64,000 bases of DNA from Balanoglossus misakiensis (Eukaryota; Animalia; Hemichordata): contig CM082590.2 of the NCBI GenBank assembly GCA_040954595.2, positions 9,884,088-9,948,087 on the forward strand. The letters are read 5' to 3'. The notes below the pieces were generated by a model that saw only the letters and a list, made by a program, of their open reading frames with translations, did no database searches and was not told the origin of the DNA. Made by a program: the position numbers and the translations under genes. Shown here in pieces: positions 50,137-63,600 of this stretch (the stretch's first letter is position 1; the number at the start of each line of letters is the position of its first letter).

Positions 50137-50293
50137 ATGCAAATTTAGCCATGAAACCATGGGAAGTTGAGATCTGGCCAATCACAGATTTCCACTAGAG
50201 TGGCCACGCGAAAAGAAGTGCGCCACCAAATGGTCATTAGAAGACTTCGTCCATCGTTTTCAACATATATGGGCATATGTAAATTAGACGTGA
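50137..50293 (+). repeat. Dispersed ~150-bp repeat, copy 3
   Basis: Aligns with copies 1 and 2; preceded by ttaaaggtacacagtcacc (50117), a possible TTAA-type transposon end. Confidence 0.75.
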
Positions 50294-50801
50294 TTATATA
50301 TTTAAAATGCAGGGCATGACATATCAACCAACTGTCTGCTGATTCATCAAAAGTATGAAAATAAAGCGAGTTGATTTTTAAGGGGCAGATAGTCGGAACG
50401 CGCGAGAGGGAAACAGACGGGCAGAGGGAGTCAGATGGATGTATCGGTTGCTGCCATACAGAATATAAAACAGGGACGGGCAGACAGACAGCGAGACAGA
50501 TACACACACAATGTGGTCAATTGAACGACTGATGGGCCTACGGACCGCGACGACCCGGAGCGAAATTCCATTCCCTCTGAAAACAACTCTGCTGAAAAGT
50601 TCACCCACTTCTCAACGCTGCAGATGACAAGCGAAGAGTGAATATGACAAGTGGGGGGTTGGCCGGCAGTTGACGGAGTCTGATCGATGACCGCCCGGCG
50701 GGATGAAAAATGAGCCGATGTAAGACTTGGGGTCCCGCAAGCTCCTTGTAAGTGTAACAAGCCAAGAGCAACAGAAACAACTGACAGCCAGTAAAATGAT
50801 A

Positions 50802-50815
50802 AGGTCACGGGGTCA
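50802..50815 (+). promoter_or_regulatory. Nuclear-receptor DR2 element
   Basis: AGGTCA-CG-GGGTCA. Confidence 0.35.
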
Positions 50816-51782
50816 GACACATTCTCTATCATGTGGCAGTATTCATTATTTGTTCCTATGTCCACTACATGCTGTCAACTGAATACCCGTGTCAGCCACG
50901 TCAACATACTGTTCAATCATCCTCTACACTCTCGCAGACGCGCTATGCTCACTGTACACCGGAAGTCCGGTTTTTGACGATCTTGCTCCTGAAATATCAC
51001 TCTCAATTCAGTTTTTCGACAACTTCACACAAAATACACGGAAACTATTCAAGTGCACACCAAAGCGATAATATTTTGACCCCTGTTTACGGGTTGCATA
51101 CGCATGTTACAAGACCCATCGATAGGAGAAGTACACAAGTTGGGCAAAAGTAGAAAATGTAGACTGTTTGGAAAGTGCACCACAGACAGCCAGAGAACAA
51201 TTGCAGCGTACGACTTTGACGAATGGCCTGAGAAGTGGTTGAAAAATTTTAGGAGAGACCCCTGTGTCAGACCCCATCTTAATCATCGAGATGCCTAGTC
51301 TGATTCTAAATACAGATGTCAGCCACGGCACCCCACCAGACTTGTATTTTATCACGTAAATCTAAGTCAGACTCCCCTTTTTTAAAATTGATGTCTGTAC
51401 GGCGGAGCGAGAACAGAAGTAGGTAAACCGGTGAACCCTACTCGAGAATGGTGTTAATTCGGTCGGCTATCAGCTGAGGCGAAAACGCCAGTACCGAAAG
51501 GCGCTTTTCTCTGGGTACTAGTTTGAGGGGTGGGAAAAAAACAAAGCTCCCCAAGCGCGCTTTAATCCCCAAGATAGTCATGAGAAAGCTAGAAACGAAG
51601 AGATGTCAAGAAAACTGGCATCGGATGTTCTCCAAGATGACAGTCGTGACAAATGAGTTTTGCGAAATAATGAGGTCAAAGCGTTAGCACGTTTCATATC
51701 AACTGACAAGTGACATACATTCGCCTAGAAAACACACATTCTTATTCTTCATAGCACGTGTCAACCAACAAAACAAATGTCT

Positions 51783-51783
<1 letters not shown>

Positions 51784-51875
<92 letters not shown>
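51784..51875. repeat. Perfect (GA)n microsatellite
   Basis: Seen directly. Confidence 0.98.
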
Positions 51876-51878
<3 letters not shown>

Positions 51879-54436
51879 CACGTCTGACCACCAGAAAATC
51901 ATCGTTCGATCTGGCAGCCCAGAGGACAGAAAAACACAACAACGCACGCATACCAATATAACAGATGCATTCAGTTCTTAGCCACAAATAAAAAAACGAC
52001 ACCGAAGGCTTTAACAAGATAAGACAGATAGGCAAGTGGGAGAATTATATCGTATTTCATAAGGCTGAATTTAGATTAATTTATCTTAATTAATCATAAT
52101 TAATCAAACGCAACCACTTAGTTATAGGGAATGCAGTGTTCATATCGCGGAATTGCTCATGACGTGTTACTGATGAAGAGAGAACTGATTGAGAGGGAGA
52201 GAGGGGGGGGGCAGGCAGAGGCAGACAGACAGGCAACGAAACGAACATGACTCTGTTCAGGGACACTGCCAACCGTTGCATATTATATCAGAGTAATAGG
52301 AGATGAGCTAAAATGTAGCAACACACATTTTGTCAAAATGTACAGTGTAATACAAAGTAACAACCATATTGTTAACAATGGTGTGTTTTGTAAAGGGAAC
52401 TGGGAGCATACATGAGGAATAGAACAAGTGAAGTAATCCTGAAAAAACCCAAAGGCAGCACACATCATTAACTCGCCAATCAACAAGTTGCTTTTTCTAT
52501 CTGATACTTCTACCACAATAAAATGTCAGTCACTGGTTAAAAGCTGTAAATATGATCGCCGACTATGAACATCATTACCTGAACCACAGCCTACATTTTC
52601 TGCTAGGAAATTGTCGCCCCAAAACTACCTACTCCCGCTTGGCATAGATGTGGCTTATTGTGATAAAGGCTAAATTTACCAGGACAGTGTTTTGAAAATA
52701 TGTCTGTTAGGGTTTACAAGATAGCAGCATTCGTCCTTGTCGTTTTGGGCCTTGTTTACACTATGGAAACCATGCACTAATAATACAACAGTCTAGTTTC
52801 CTCTCAAAATCCTGGTAAATTCTGATCCACTTCGGTAAACTTGCTTGATCTTCTAACACGCGAGTATTCATTAGTAACATTTCTGGACGAACAATGATTT
52901 TGTATTCGACGTGGTTTTTTTTCGCGCGGGATACTTTGTCGGCAGCCGAACGACATATGGGATGAAAAGACAAGATGGCTGATTTTCGCATAGGCGGTGT
53001 CGTTAAACCAGGTTGTGCATAATTGAAACAGACATACGATAGTATTTAGCACGAGAGAACCTCATAAGAAACAAAGGTACACGATAAACAGACAAAGAAT
53101 ACCCCTTAAATTGTCCCATGGGACAGTTCAGCGGACCTTTGCTTCTCCCACCGAGGAACAATAAAATGTCTGGCATAAACACCACTTTTGTTTTGCCTGT
53201 AGTCTGAGAATATTGTTGTGCGATGTGGGCATGTTTTGCGTTGGAAGACAGAGCTGACTTACTAGAAAAAAAAATAAAACAGAGACAATTTGACAGACGG
53301 TTAAAACGTGACGAAGGGAAATTCTCAAGGCTGCGTTCAAGGGAGTTCATCCGCGAGTTGACATGATAAATATCTATCTGATCACCCTATAGTCAGTGTT
53401 ACTCAATTCACCTTTAGAGAAAATATTTGTGATTTTTTAATAGCGTGACTAAAGCTTGGGTATCAGAAAACGCTACCGAATGTATCTAATTTAAAATTAT
53501 CATCAATTTCATAATTTTCTCCTGGCAGACGACAATTTTTGATATCTCAGGATGGGATCTACATTTTGTAGTGCGTTGACCCAAAGATGGCTATGTAATT
53601 AACAATTCAAATGAATCGGGCCGTGGATGGAAGCGCAAAAGACAAAGGGAGACTGGGGGGTTGGAGAAAAAGGATGCGGCATGTTTTTGAGGTTCGGTTT
53701 TTGTCGATTAAGGCTCTTTTCATTTATAGCTGTGGCAAGGACACGGGCGGCGGGGTTTTGAAAACCTACAAAATCTCTGACTCGTTTGTAAAGCGTGAGT
53801 CTGTGCGACATGTAGCCTTTAAAGATATCAATTAGTCGAGAGTCCAGCTAGGTCGGGGTACGAGGGCCTGTCTATTATACTATTCACCCAACCGATTCCC
53901 TCAATTCCCTTAAAATTAGAAGCTAAAAACAACTGACATGTCACATCACTTTGACAGACACATATACGTTTTTGGAGAGCGGTTCCTGGATGACCTAAAT
54001 CGGTGACATCATGAAGAAAACGGGGTGTAAAATTGACAGAATCACAAAAGCCAAGACGACTTGGTCTCACCTTGTGTCCCGCACATCTGGAGACGAAGGA
54101 ACGACAGTTGGCCCCCAAAACAAACTGATCTGACAGAAAATGACCCCAAATTGGGCGTAAAGATGTGAAAATTCACCAACCATTCAAGCGCCATGATGCA
54201 TATTCTGTGTGGGTCAGGGTACTCGTCTCAGCTGGGCGGAATTTTCCGTCGTTTTAGTGTATATTCCACGCCCGCCATGATTTGAACGAGGCGATTCCCG
54301 ACGCGCCGTTCCTCGAGTCTTCGAGCAAAGATGTCTCGCTATTTATTCCAACACAGAGAAGAGTCAACAACACATTCTGCTCGATTTGGGCGAAAAATTT
54401 CAGTCAAAAATTTGTCCTGAGAAAGTCCAGACAAAT

Positions 54437-54634
54437 TTTATGATCTCATAAATTTTCTTGTTTAGTGTCCCATAGAGGAAAAAAGTGTACGTTTATGGTG
54501 GTCACGTGATACCGCTCCGCCAATGGCGTGGCAGTATAGCTGCGTAAAAGTACAAATCATTCGACTAGTTTTACGGAATATCCATAAATTTTATTGCTGT
54601 TTTTCAATGGATTGGCCTTGTGAAACCCATAAAA
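54437..54634 (-). promoter_or_regulatory. Orphan CCAAT + E-box module in a dense Hox/Cdx-site cluster
   Basis: ATTGG (54524-54520)-N11-CACGTG (54508-54503), flanked by TTTATGA-TC-TCATAAA, TTTATGG, CGTAAAA, TTTTACG, CCATAAATTTTATTG and CCATAAAA. Confidence 0.6.
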
Positions 54635-57600
54635 GTGTCTTTTAATCTCCTTTTTCCATCGCACCCTTTGTCTTTCCAAACTCATACGAGGCAGTGCGTC
54701 TTAATTAGGGCTCAGTTCGTCGGCTCAAACCTCCGCGCGCAAGAACGCGGCTGGGATACACTTTTTCGACGCTCCTCACCATGTTCCTTCTATGTAGGAT
54801 TTGCATTGCTGGAGTTACCGGCTATAGGTATGGAAATACGATTATCACACCCCTCTTTGGGCGCTCAAGATTGTGTTGTGGTTTTCTTGTTTTTCACCTA
54901 GCGGGGATTATCACGAGTGTATGTACGTCAGTATGACGAACAAGGAACCCCATAGGAAATATGCTTTCGCAGACAGCGACACCTAATATAGAGGTGTCAC
55001 TCATGTTTTGGGAATCGACGCGTCTCAAAAATCGCTCCGGAAGCCCTTCAACTTCAACCGCAAAATTAGCATTTTTGCTCGAAGCTGGCGCAACCGGATT
55101 TGTTAGTGTCACCCACAGGCAAGAAAAAAATGTGCTCAATTTCAAACAGACGACCAGTTACTTGGTACAGATTACTTGGTATGACATGATGATGTAACAA
55201 ACGGTGATTTTGGGAGTTCGTCTTCTCTGTATGACCAGGGGAACAATTTAATATTAATTTATGCCGTAAGCAAAATAACTTCCAAGTGTATGCTTCGAGT
55301 TGGCCGCCATGTCTACTGAAGTTGAGTTTATACAGATACCCGGCTTGCCTTCGCGAAGGGAAGACGCAACTGCCAAAGTACAGACAAGAAGACGGGTGTT
55401 TGGTAAACTTTTACACCCCAAGTACATGCAAAATTGGGCCTCTATTATCAAAAGATTTTAGCATAACAAAAGGTTGTATAAATTAGTTATTCGATGAAGG
55501 GACAGGTTCCATGCGTCGTGACTAAGATAAAAATTCGATATTGATTGTTTGTTTTCATAATATCAGAGTTCCAAAACATTACACATTGCACGTAGACATT
55601 CCTAAAATACTTTTGACATATTTTGAATAACAGTCTACAAGACTTTGCTAGGTGTTATATATGTGTATGACTGTATTATAAAGCGCCCTCTCTTCTATAA
55701 AAGTATTCAAAGCAAAATACAAATATAAAACGTACATACTAAACACATTTCTGACTTGTGGTGTTTAGAAACTATCTTTGAGTACGTGTGCATATGTGTA
55801 TTACACATATGCATATATTCAAAATGATATACGTTAAATATTTAATGTATAAAAAAACCATATCTGCGAAATTAATTTCAAAGTTGATTTAAAAATAATA
55901 ATATAAACGATATAGAAATAATGCATAAAAGTAGAGGTTGACTTTGAATATAGTATTAGTAATTTGTAAACACAAACTGTCAATTTTTGGCGGGAAGCAA
56001 TCCATCCTCTGTCGTTTTGTCTGGCCTTGTATCGTTTTCCACAACTGTGTGTTTTATTGGAGGGACGTGAGTTCTCAAGGCCGTGCTATATTTGAACGAC
56101 CTTGTAGCCTATATACCCGTGTTTTCCTTGTGGGAAAACAAGTGAATTTTAGAATAGATAAAACATTTCCGTGAAAACGTAGTCTACAAATTTCTAAATA
56201 TTTTTTAATACTTTCATTTTATATTCCTGCAGCTATATTTTCTTTCTTTTTTTTCTTTTCAATTTCCCTATAAAATACCGTGCTTCTACAGTCAAATTAC
56301 TGGCATCCAACATTAACCAAAATGATTTCATAGATACCAATAATAATATTACATTGTGATTAAAATTCCAATAATTTAATTGTTATGCAGAGCACTAAGC
56401 TTTCTAATTTTCCCGATTTTGAATATTTTACATCCTATTGAAGTTACTAAAATAAATGACCCTAAGCGACCCATTTACCTCCATGCATTTAATGTGTTTA
56501 TTATAAATATGATTCCACGGGTATAGTTTTAATGGGTTATGCTGTCATGAATATTTAAATTAAGAAAATGGAGGGTATGTTGGTCTGAAAGACGCCAAAC
56601 TTTCAAATAAAGTTTAGGATGATTTCGTCTCTTCTCTTGGTCTCAAAATTACCGCGTTATAAGATAGGCAAACGCCAACTGGGATATGCTAAAACGCCTA
56701 AAAACAACAGACGCTTACCCGCACTGAATGAAGACGTGATCACCCGTGTCTACTGATTATACCGGCCAAGTAAATTGAAAAAAAAAATATTTTCAATGCC
56801 CTAGATTTTACTATTTTATATAGGGGTTTGCAAGGGAAAAAATAACTGATAAGACGACGGATTAGAATAGGATATATTTACACCTTCATGGTCTGATATT
56901 GTTGTTGACGTGTATCAACCTGGTGACCTCATCTGCATCTTTGTACAGGTGCATGAATTAGATGTGCAGGCTGCTAAAATATTGCTGGCCGCAACAGCAA
57001 AACGAGTTGCCGGTCGAGATATTTACTAGGCTAGCAGAGACATAAAATGTAGCAAGAAATTGAATGAACGGTAGCTGAAATTGTTACATTGTTTCTGTGC
57101 GGCAGTCTCTGTTTTCGTTCATTCTATTCATGGACACTGTCAACTCAGACAATTATGGAACGACGCAAATGAAATAACCGCGAAACATTTGTTCGAGACG
57201 AAATTACAGACTGATTTCTAAACTCAAAATATTCCAACATTCCGGTGTTTCACAGAAACATATTTGTCGACAGCTAGACAAACGCTTGTTAAAAATGTCA
57301 TGAGATTATAAAACTTGCTAGTTGATGATAGAAACTGGAATTCTCGGGCCTGCCAACTAGTGGATATTTACAAAACGAATTTCATTGTAAATGAAGACAG
57401 ATTTTCGAACATTGCACTCGTGGTAAATTTCCAAACTCAAATAGAGTCAAAAGCGCACCTCAGCGCAGGCATTCTCTCATATTTCCTGATGACATTTTGT
57501 GAAGAAACTATCGTACAGACAACCACTTTTTATCGTCTGGTCGCACTTCGCGCACGTGCTGTATTTGCAGGAGGTCTTTTCATGAATCGCACGAATATCA

Positions 57601-60600
57601 CATTTTTTCTGTCAAAATTCGTTCCTTAATCTTTATGTAGTGATATGTATTATGTTAGAACATATTCTTCCGTTCAATGCATCTTAACCTTTGAAAAAAA
57701 ATCCCCTTGTCTGAGAAAAGCTACATTCTAAGCCATCAAAAATCTTGGTTCTTTCCTCTCTTCGAATAGTAATACTTCATATTTCATACTTTCTGAAAGT
57801 CTAGGGAATTGTTCTTCAGTGTCTTCCTACATAATATAGGGTTTTGTGTCAAAAGCTTAGACAGTTGTCTGTCACAAGACAACAACCTAGGGCAGACGAC
57901 AGCATCCATCTTGTGTAATCGGTTATCGGACGACATGATTCAGTTTAACTTTTACACGTTTCCCGCCTTTCTGTATTTTTCTGTAGGCTTACTGATCTGT
58001 CGCCAGTTTCATATTTTTCGTTTCTCTGTAGATGGATCACATCATACATTTCCCCTGACCATACAGGCGCGATTAGGTGTCAACGAGTTTTGAAAAATAA
58101 GAGGGAATATATAATCGTTCGTTCCTAAACGCTAGAGTTTAAAATGCATTCAGAAAGTTTGCTTGGATAAGACAGGTTTCTACTTTCATGTCTAGGTAAT
58201 TTCTTGTACCTAGATCCGGCGAGACCCAACAACCGATAGAGAAATATCGACCGACACTCACACTTTCTTTCCTGCAAGACATATTTGCGACCACCCCATC
58301 ACGGCTAAATCGTCACAGCTTGTGGCTATGAAACGTTGTCATTTTATCCAAGATTTGGCGGGCAAAAGCTACATTGTGTCCGATAAAATCGCCATCCCTT
58401 GGAAAGATATTTCCCGCTCTTTTGGTCCACAACAAAACTGCTGTTTACCGAAATTCCACAAAGGCCATGGCTGTCTTATTATATGAAGGAACGACTATGA
58501 AATATTAATATTACAAATACTAAAATTAGGACAAATGTGAATACACGATTATCTATTTTTAGTTGTTTTCCTACAATTGTGTTTTGGCGGGAGCTACTGT
58601 TAAGCACAGAAATTGTCGCGCTCGGCATGTGTGCTTGCACTGCCGATTATTATTTCTCCAATTTATAACTGAACATGCAAATATTCCCATATTATTGACT
58701 TGCAATAGGAGCATCTTAATGTTCCTTTCCATATTTTCTTGATGATTTATCGTTTCTCGCTCAGCTTGGTGCACCTTTCTACTGACAGGCGCTCGTCTTT
58801 CGAACAGAAAATCGTTCTCGCCGATAAAAAAAAACCCCACTAGACAAATGGAGAAACAGAATAACGAGCACAAAGCACGTTGACAGTTTTAAAGTACCCA
58901 AAAACAAGCGAAAAAGGAGTATGTGAATAAACAACAGTAAGTTACGAAAACAGAAATAAACTTGGACCAAAAATATATGTCAGTTGTCGGTACACCTACA
59001 AGTCTTGTTAGTTGTATTTGAAAAAAATCGATTTGTCGGTAGGACGCAGTCACCAAGTCTGCATGGCTTACTCCATTTCTGGAGCCAAAGTTAGTAACAA
59101 TTTGACCACGAAGACACCTCATTTGTTTCAACACATGTAAAGGGGACGGTCAAACAGGACTTAAACCGACAAATATGAGCAATTCAGGCGCTGTATGGCC
59201 AGTAGACGACATTTAAAATTGTCAATATTTTACAAAGAAGACGCCATGTTAAGATCAAACATGGCGCGGGAATGGCAATTTAATTTCGACGCCGCAAGAC
59301 TAATTCCACTCAATGCGCTATTGACGACAAAAATACCTATGTAAACATTCTTCACGTTTCGGTGATAATTGAATTAGGAAATCAAAGATTAGATTTCACA
59401 TTTTGATTTTTTGAAGTATAGATTGCATTCATGCTTTGGAATTGAATTATGAATTTATGTAAAGTTATTTAATTTCTTCCCCGTTCACTTTTCATGACAT
59501 ATCAACTCACATCAATAAGTTAAGAATGATACTGAATTTATTATTATTGTTGTTGTTTTCCTGATAATTCGTATTTGTCCTAGGTGTGTTTAGTTATGCG
59601 ATAGTGTTTTGGCGCGCAACCATATGGTGTCAATACGATAACCCGCCATTTTTGTATAGCCTGGCCTTTCATGATAGCCGTGACCTTTGTTGTCTGATTT
59701 AAAAATATCCAACTCCTATAAACAAATCCAACAGGCAGTGTTTAGTAAGCTTTGGGGTGACTTGTTCCAAAACTGTAACTATTATAGGATCTCCTATCAA
59801 AAATTTAGGCTAACTCTTGCTTGTCGTTCACAATTGTCAAAAAAGACAAACTACAGGATTTGACGCCAGTTCTGGGAAAATTAATGAACAAGCAATCCAA
59901 ACAGTAAATTAAAAGACCATTGTCTAGCATTTTCATTGAAAAAAATCAATTTTGGTGATTTTTTTTATTGTTGACGGCGCAATAGTTTTCAGGCCACTGG
60001 CGCCATTTTGATTTCAGTCCAGTGAATGTAATTTAGAATCAGAGATCAAGCGGGTTGTCAACGTCAAGCTTTTGATTTGCTTCATTTCCGAATACAAGGT
60101 AAAACGTGTTGTTTTGTCTTTGCATTAATGAGATTTCAAGCACGCTTGTTTGAGCAATATTGATAAGCTGGGCTTGTTTTTTTCAGCCGGGGCGCGACTA
60201 CTAACTAGTACTCGACCGACCGTACTCGTCCTCGTTCGGTGGGTCTTGTTAACAATACAGGGGCGAAAATGGTCAGACAAGATTCGGCTCGAACGCCGGC
60301 CAAATTCCCAACATGGTTTCGCTGAACAACAGCACACGATAAAAGGACGAAAACGCGACAAAAATGACACAAATCTAGACAGAATTTCTTAAGAGTCAGA
60401 GCTAGTAACCGAGCGCAGAGTACAAATCTGACGTTTGTACTTCTAACATGGCGATCCTCAGGCGTTGTTCTTTTGTTTGTTGACAGCTGTGCCATAGCGT
60501 TCCGGAACGCAGTATTCGCGTCCTTTGAATTCTTATTTTCGTAGCCCATCCATCCGCGCATCCATCAAAAAATGTGCATGTGTCTTGAATCCAATATGTC

Positions 60601-63600
60601 GTCATTTTATCGTGATATAACCGTATAGGAGATATTCACAATTTTTTTTAGAGAAAACAGTTCCAATTTACTACCGTCACTCTGTACGGTGGCACTGGGC
60701 CTGGCCATAGGTTTGTACATAAACAGTATAGATGTAACGTTGTCAGAGTATAGAAGACCCCGGGTAAGTATATTTCTAAATTTGAAAATGATAGACAAAA
60801 AATAATAACAACAACAACAACAACAAAGCTGTCCCAGAATATCGCTAAAACTGAGCTAGCTATTTACATGTACTAAATATCCCGAACACCGTTCATGATC
60901 ACGCAATCTCTTCCTATATCATATAGAAAAAATTAAAAACCGCCGATTTTTCATTGTTTGATATTTTCGCAATTGTAAGAAAGCAGACCTTAACTTTCCT
61001 TTCTCGGAGCACTGCAACTGTTTCCAACTTCGTGTTTAGTGTTTTGTTAACCTCAGAAACAATTCTGATAAGACGTGACATGCTTACAAGATATGGAAGC
61101 TTTGTCGAATAAAAACGATCCGGGCCAAAGCGTGGAAGTTATTCGGCACGGATTCGTCCATATGGTTTCCCTAGCTCGAGTTATTTCCGAACTGTGAGTG
61201 TCGTTCGGCATAATTGATAGAAACACGCAGTTTTATCCGTGTGTTGTTGGTGATTTGCTAGTGACCACACAAGTCTTTTGATTTCAAAGACCGGTTGTTG
61301 TAAACTGTTTTGAAATACGAGGGAACGAGTACTTTGAACCGGAGCCTTCGGAATAAGCATCCATTGTAAACTTGTCGTCCAATTCAGTTTATCGTCTGCC
61401 TGTTTACTTCACAAGTCCCCCTCCCTTCTCCCTCGATCGACGTGCCATCTGGGAGAAATCCTCTAAATCTATCAGTATTCTGGAAACCAATGTAGCACAA
61501 CTTTCGGGACAAGTGTCGTCTGCTCATACATACGACCGACGAAAAGTGACAATATGTGAAATGCCTGCTTCGGATGTAAATACGACGTGTTTATAATTCT
61601 ATTGTGCAGTAAACTTCAGCTGGAGTGTGGTACATTTTTTTCTTGGTTAGCGAAACAACCGATTTTAGTAACGTTCGCTTCTGCCGGCCATATGTTCGCG
61701 GCTTTTCTCGTTCTTCAGTTCTCGAACGATATCAATCATTTTGCAGAGTGAATCCTTTTGTTGTTTTGGTTATATTCGTAAATGCGCTTGACAGTATGTT
61801 TTTTACTGAAACGAGCCGTTTAAACTTACAGATCAGAGATAAACAAATGTTGTTATTATAAAGAGTGCTAACAGTAAACTAATTTGGCGTTGATAAAACG
61901 CCGAAAGATTGTTGCAAAATATTGCGACTATGCGCTTGCAGATGGCAACACCAAAATTAAACAGAGGCCATTTTAAAATGAGGTTATTTCTTGTCTTTTT
62001 ATCTGACAGTTTTTGTCAGGTCTACCTAACGGTTTAAGTCTTGGTCTCTTGGTAAATTAAAGTAGACGAATCGAGATTGCATGTGACAGACACAGACGAG
62101 CAAACCCGCCATGTTTGTAGAGAAACAAGTTTCTAAATCGGGATACAGCTAGATTTTCTCTAAGCCATATGATGAATCGTCTGTCCGTGTGTAAGCAAAA
62201 ATTGACCTCGCTCGGTACGACGGTAAACTCCACCATGATTTGAACCTATCACAGCCAGGAATGCGAACTTGCAACAGAAAGATTTTTCCAGGTAAAATAG
62301 AGCCTTTAAATTTCCTCAACCGATCACAGTTTTCAGTGCCGACAGTGACTGTTAAGACTGGATAAATATTATGATATCCGAAGCATTGACTGGTACACAG
62401 TACCGTAGAGCTCGTTCCACCATTGGGACACGAGTATACACGAACAATCCACTGCATATATATTTGATATCGCCAATTATTTGTCACCAACACTGACATC
62501 AATCTAGCAGATTGGAGTGCTTCTAACTCCCAAGACGCGACGCCCTTTCATTCCAGGGAGGAAAAGCATTCGTTTGCTACCAAAATCATCATACCCGAGT
62601 TCTGAAATTCAGGCAGACGACAATTTGTGGTCGTAAAGGTGACGACAATGCCGGCACAACTCAACCCTGCAACAAGGAACAGAACCGCAGCGCTGAGAAC
62701 AATGCGGGTGCTTTTGCATTTTCCACGGAGCTCTAGTAAATAGTTTTTTGGTGTAGCAGCAAGCCAGTCTTAATCTGTAGTTCGAGAATTTAAACACACT
62801 CGGTTCAGTGGCAGGGGCATCATAAAACTTAAATAAGAATACGGATTGACTCGGGCTGTTCAGTGCACGTTACGTAAAACCTCATAAACCCGAATAAGAC
62901 GAGCAGGCTTTGATATATGTTGCCATTACCGACCCAGGCTCCACCCTTCGCTTATTAAACGACACGGCCTCCTGTTTCCCTGCAGTGCCTATAAACTCAA
63001 AGCATTTGACTTGTCGTTCTTTATGGAACAAATCAAAGACCAGCCGCAGTAGTTGTGTTCTTTGTCCCGCTTGCTGTTGTTGTCGACACCAGGCAGAGAA
63101 ATGTCATATTTTTCTTCTCGGATATACATCTTCATCGTTCATGATGAGTCTCAAACAGGATGACATTTCGGCGAATATCTAGAATGACACATCGAATATA
63201 ACTCGATTTGTCAAGTGCGCCTCATATGAGTGATGAGACTTAGAACAAAATTAATGAAAATCGAACTTTCTTAATTATGTGTGAAATTACTTCCGCAGTG
63301 AAACTATGGCGGATGGACAGGCTGTAATGTCTCGTCACGTCGTCTTCCGGAGGCCAGGTTCATTTAGTCCCATGGTGCCAGGGTGGGCTTCGGTTGTCTC
63401 GCTCTCACGAACTTGTCTCTGATACAGATGAGAGCTTCTCTGTCGATTTTGGTCTTGTTGGGTCGATTCGGATTGCTGGCAAACCGATGAAGGTCCATTA
63501 TAGACATTACCATCCGTCACCTGCTACAAAAATGCCATCCACGATTTGCATTTCGCTTGATTCGCACCATCAGTAGTGATACCACCAATCCATGTATAAT

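Noticed and set aside
51419-51519. Small stems (GTAGG/CCTAC, GGCG-AAAA-CGCC, AGTACC/GGTACT) near CTGA and GAAA, ribozyme-like
   Set aside because: Lacks the CUGANGA core and correct stem order; stems are short enough to be chance.
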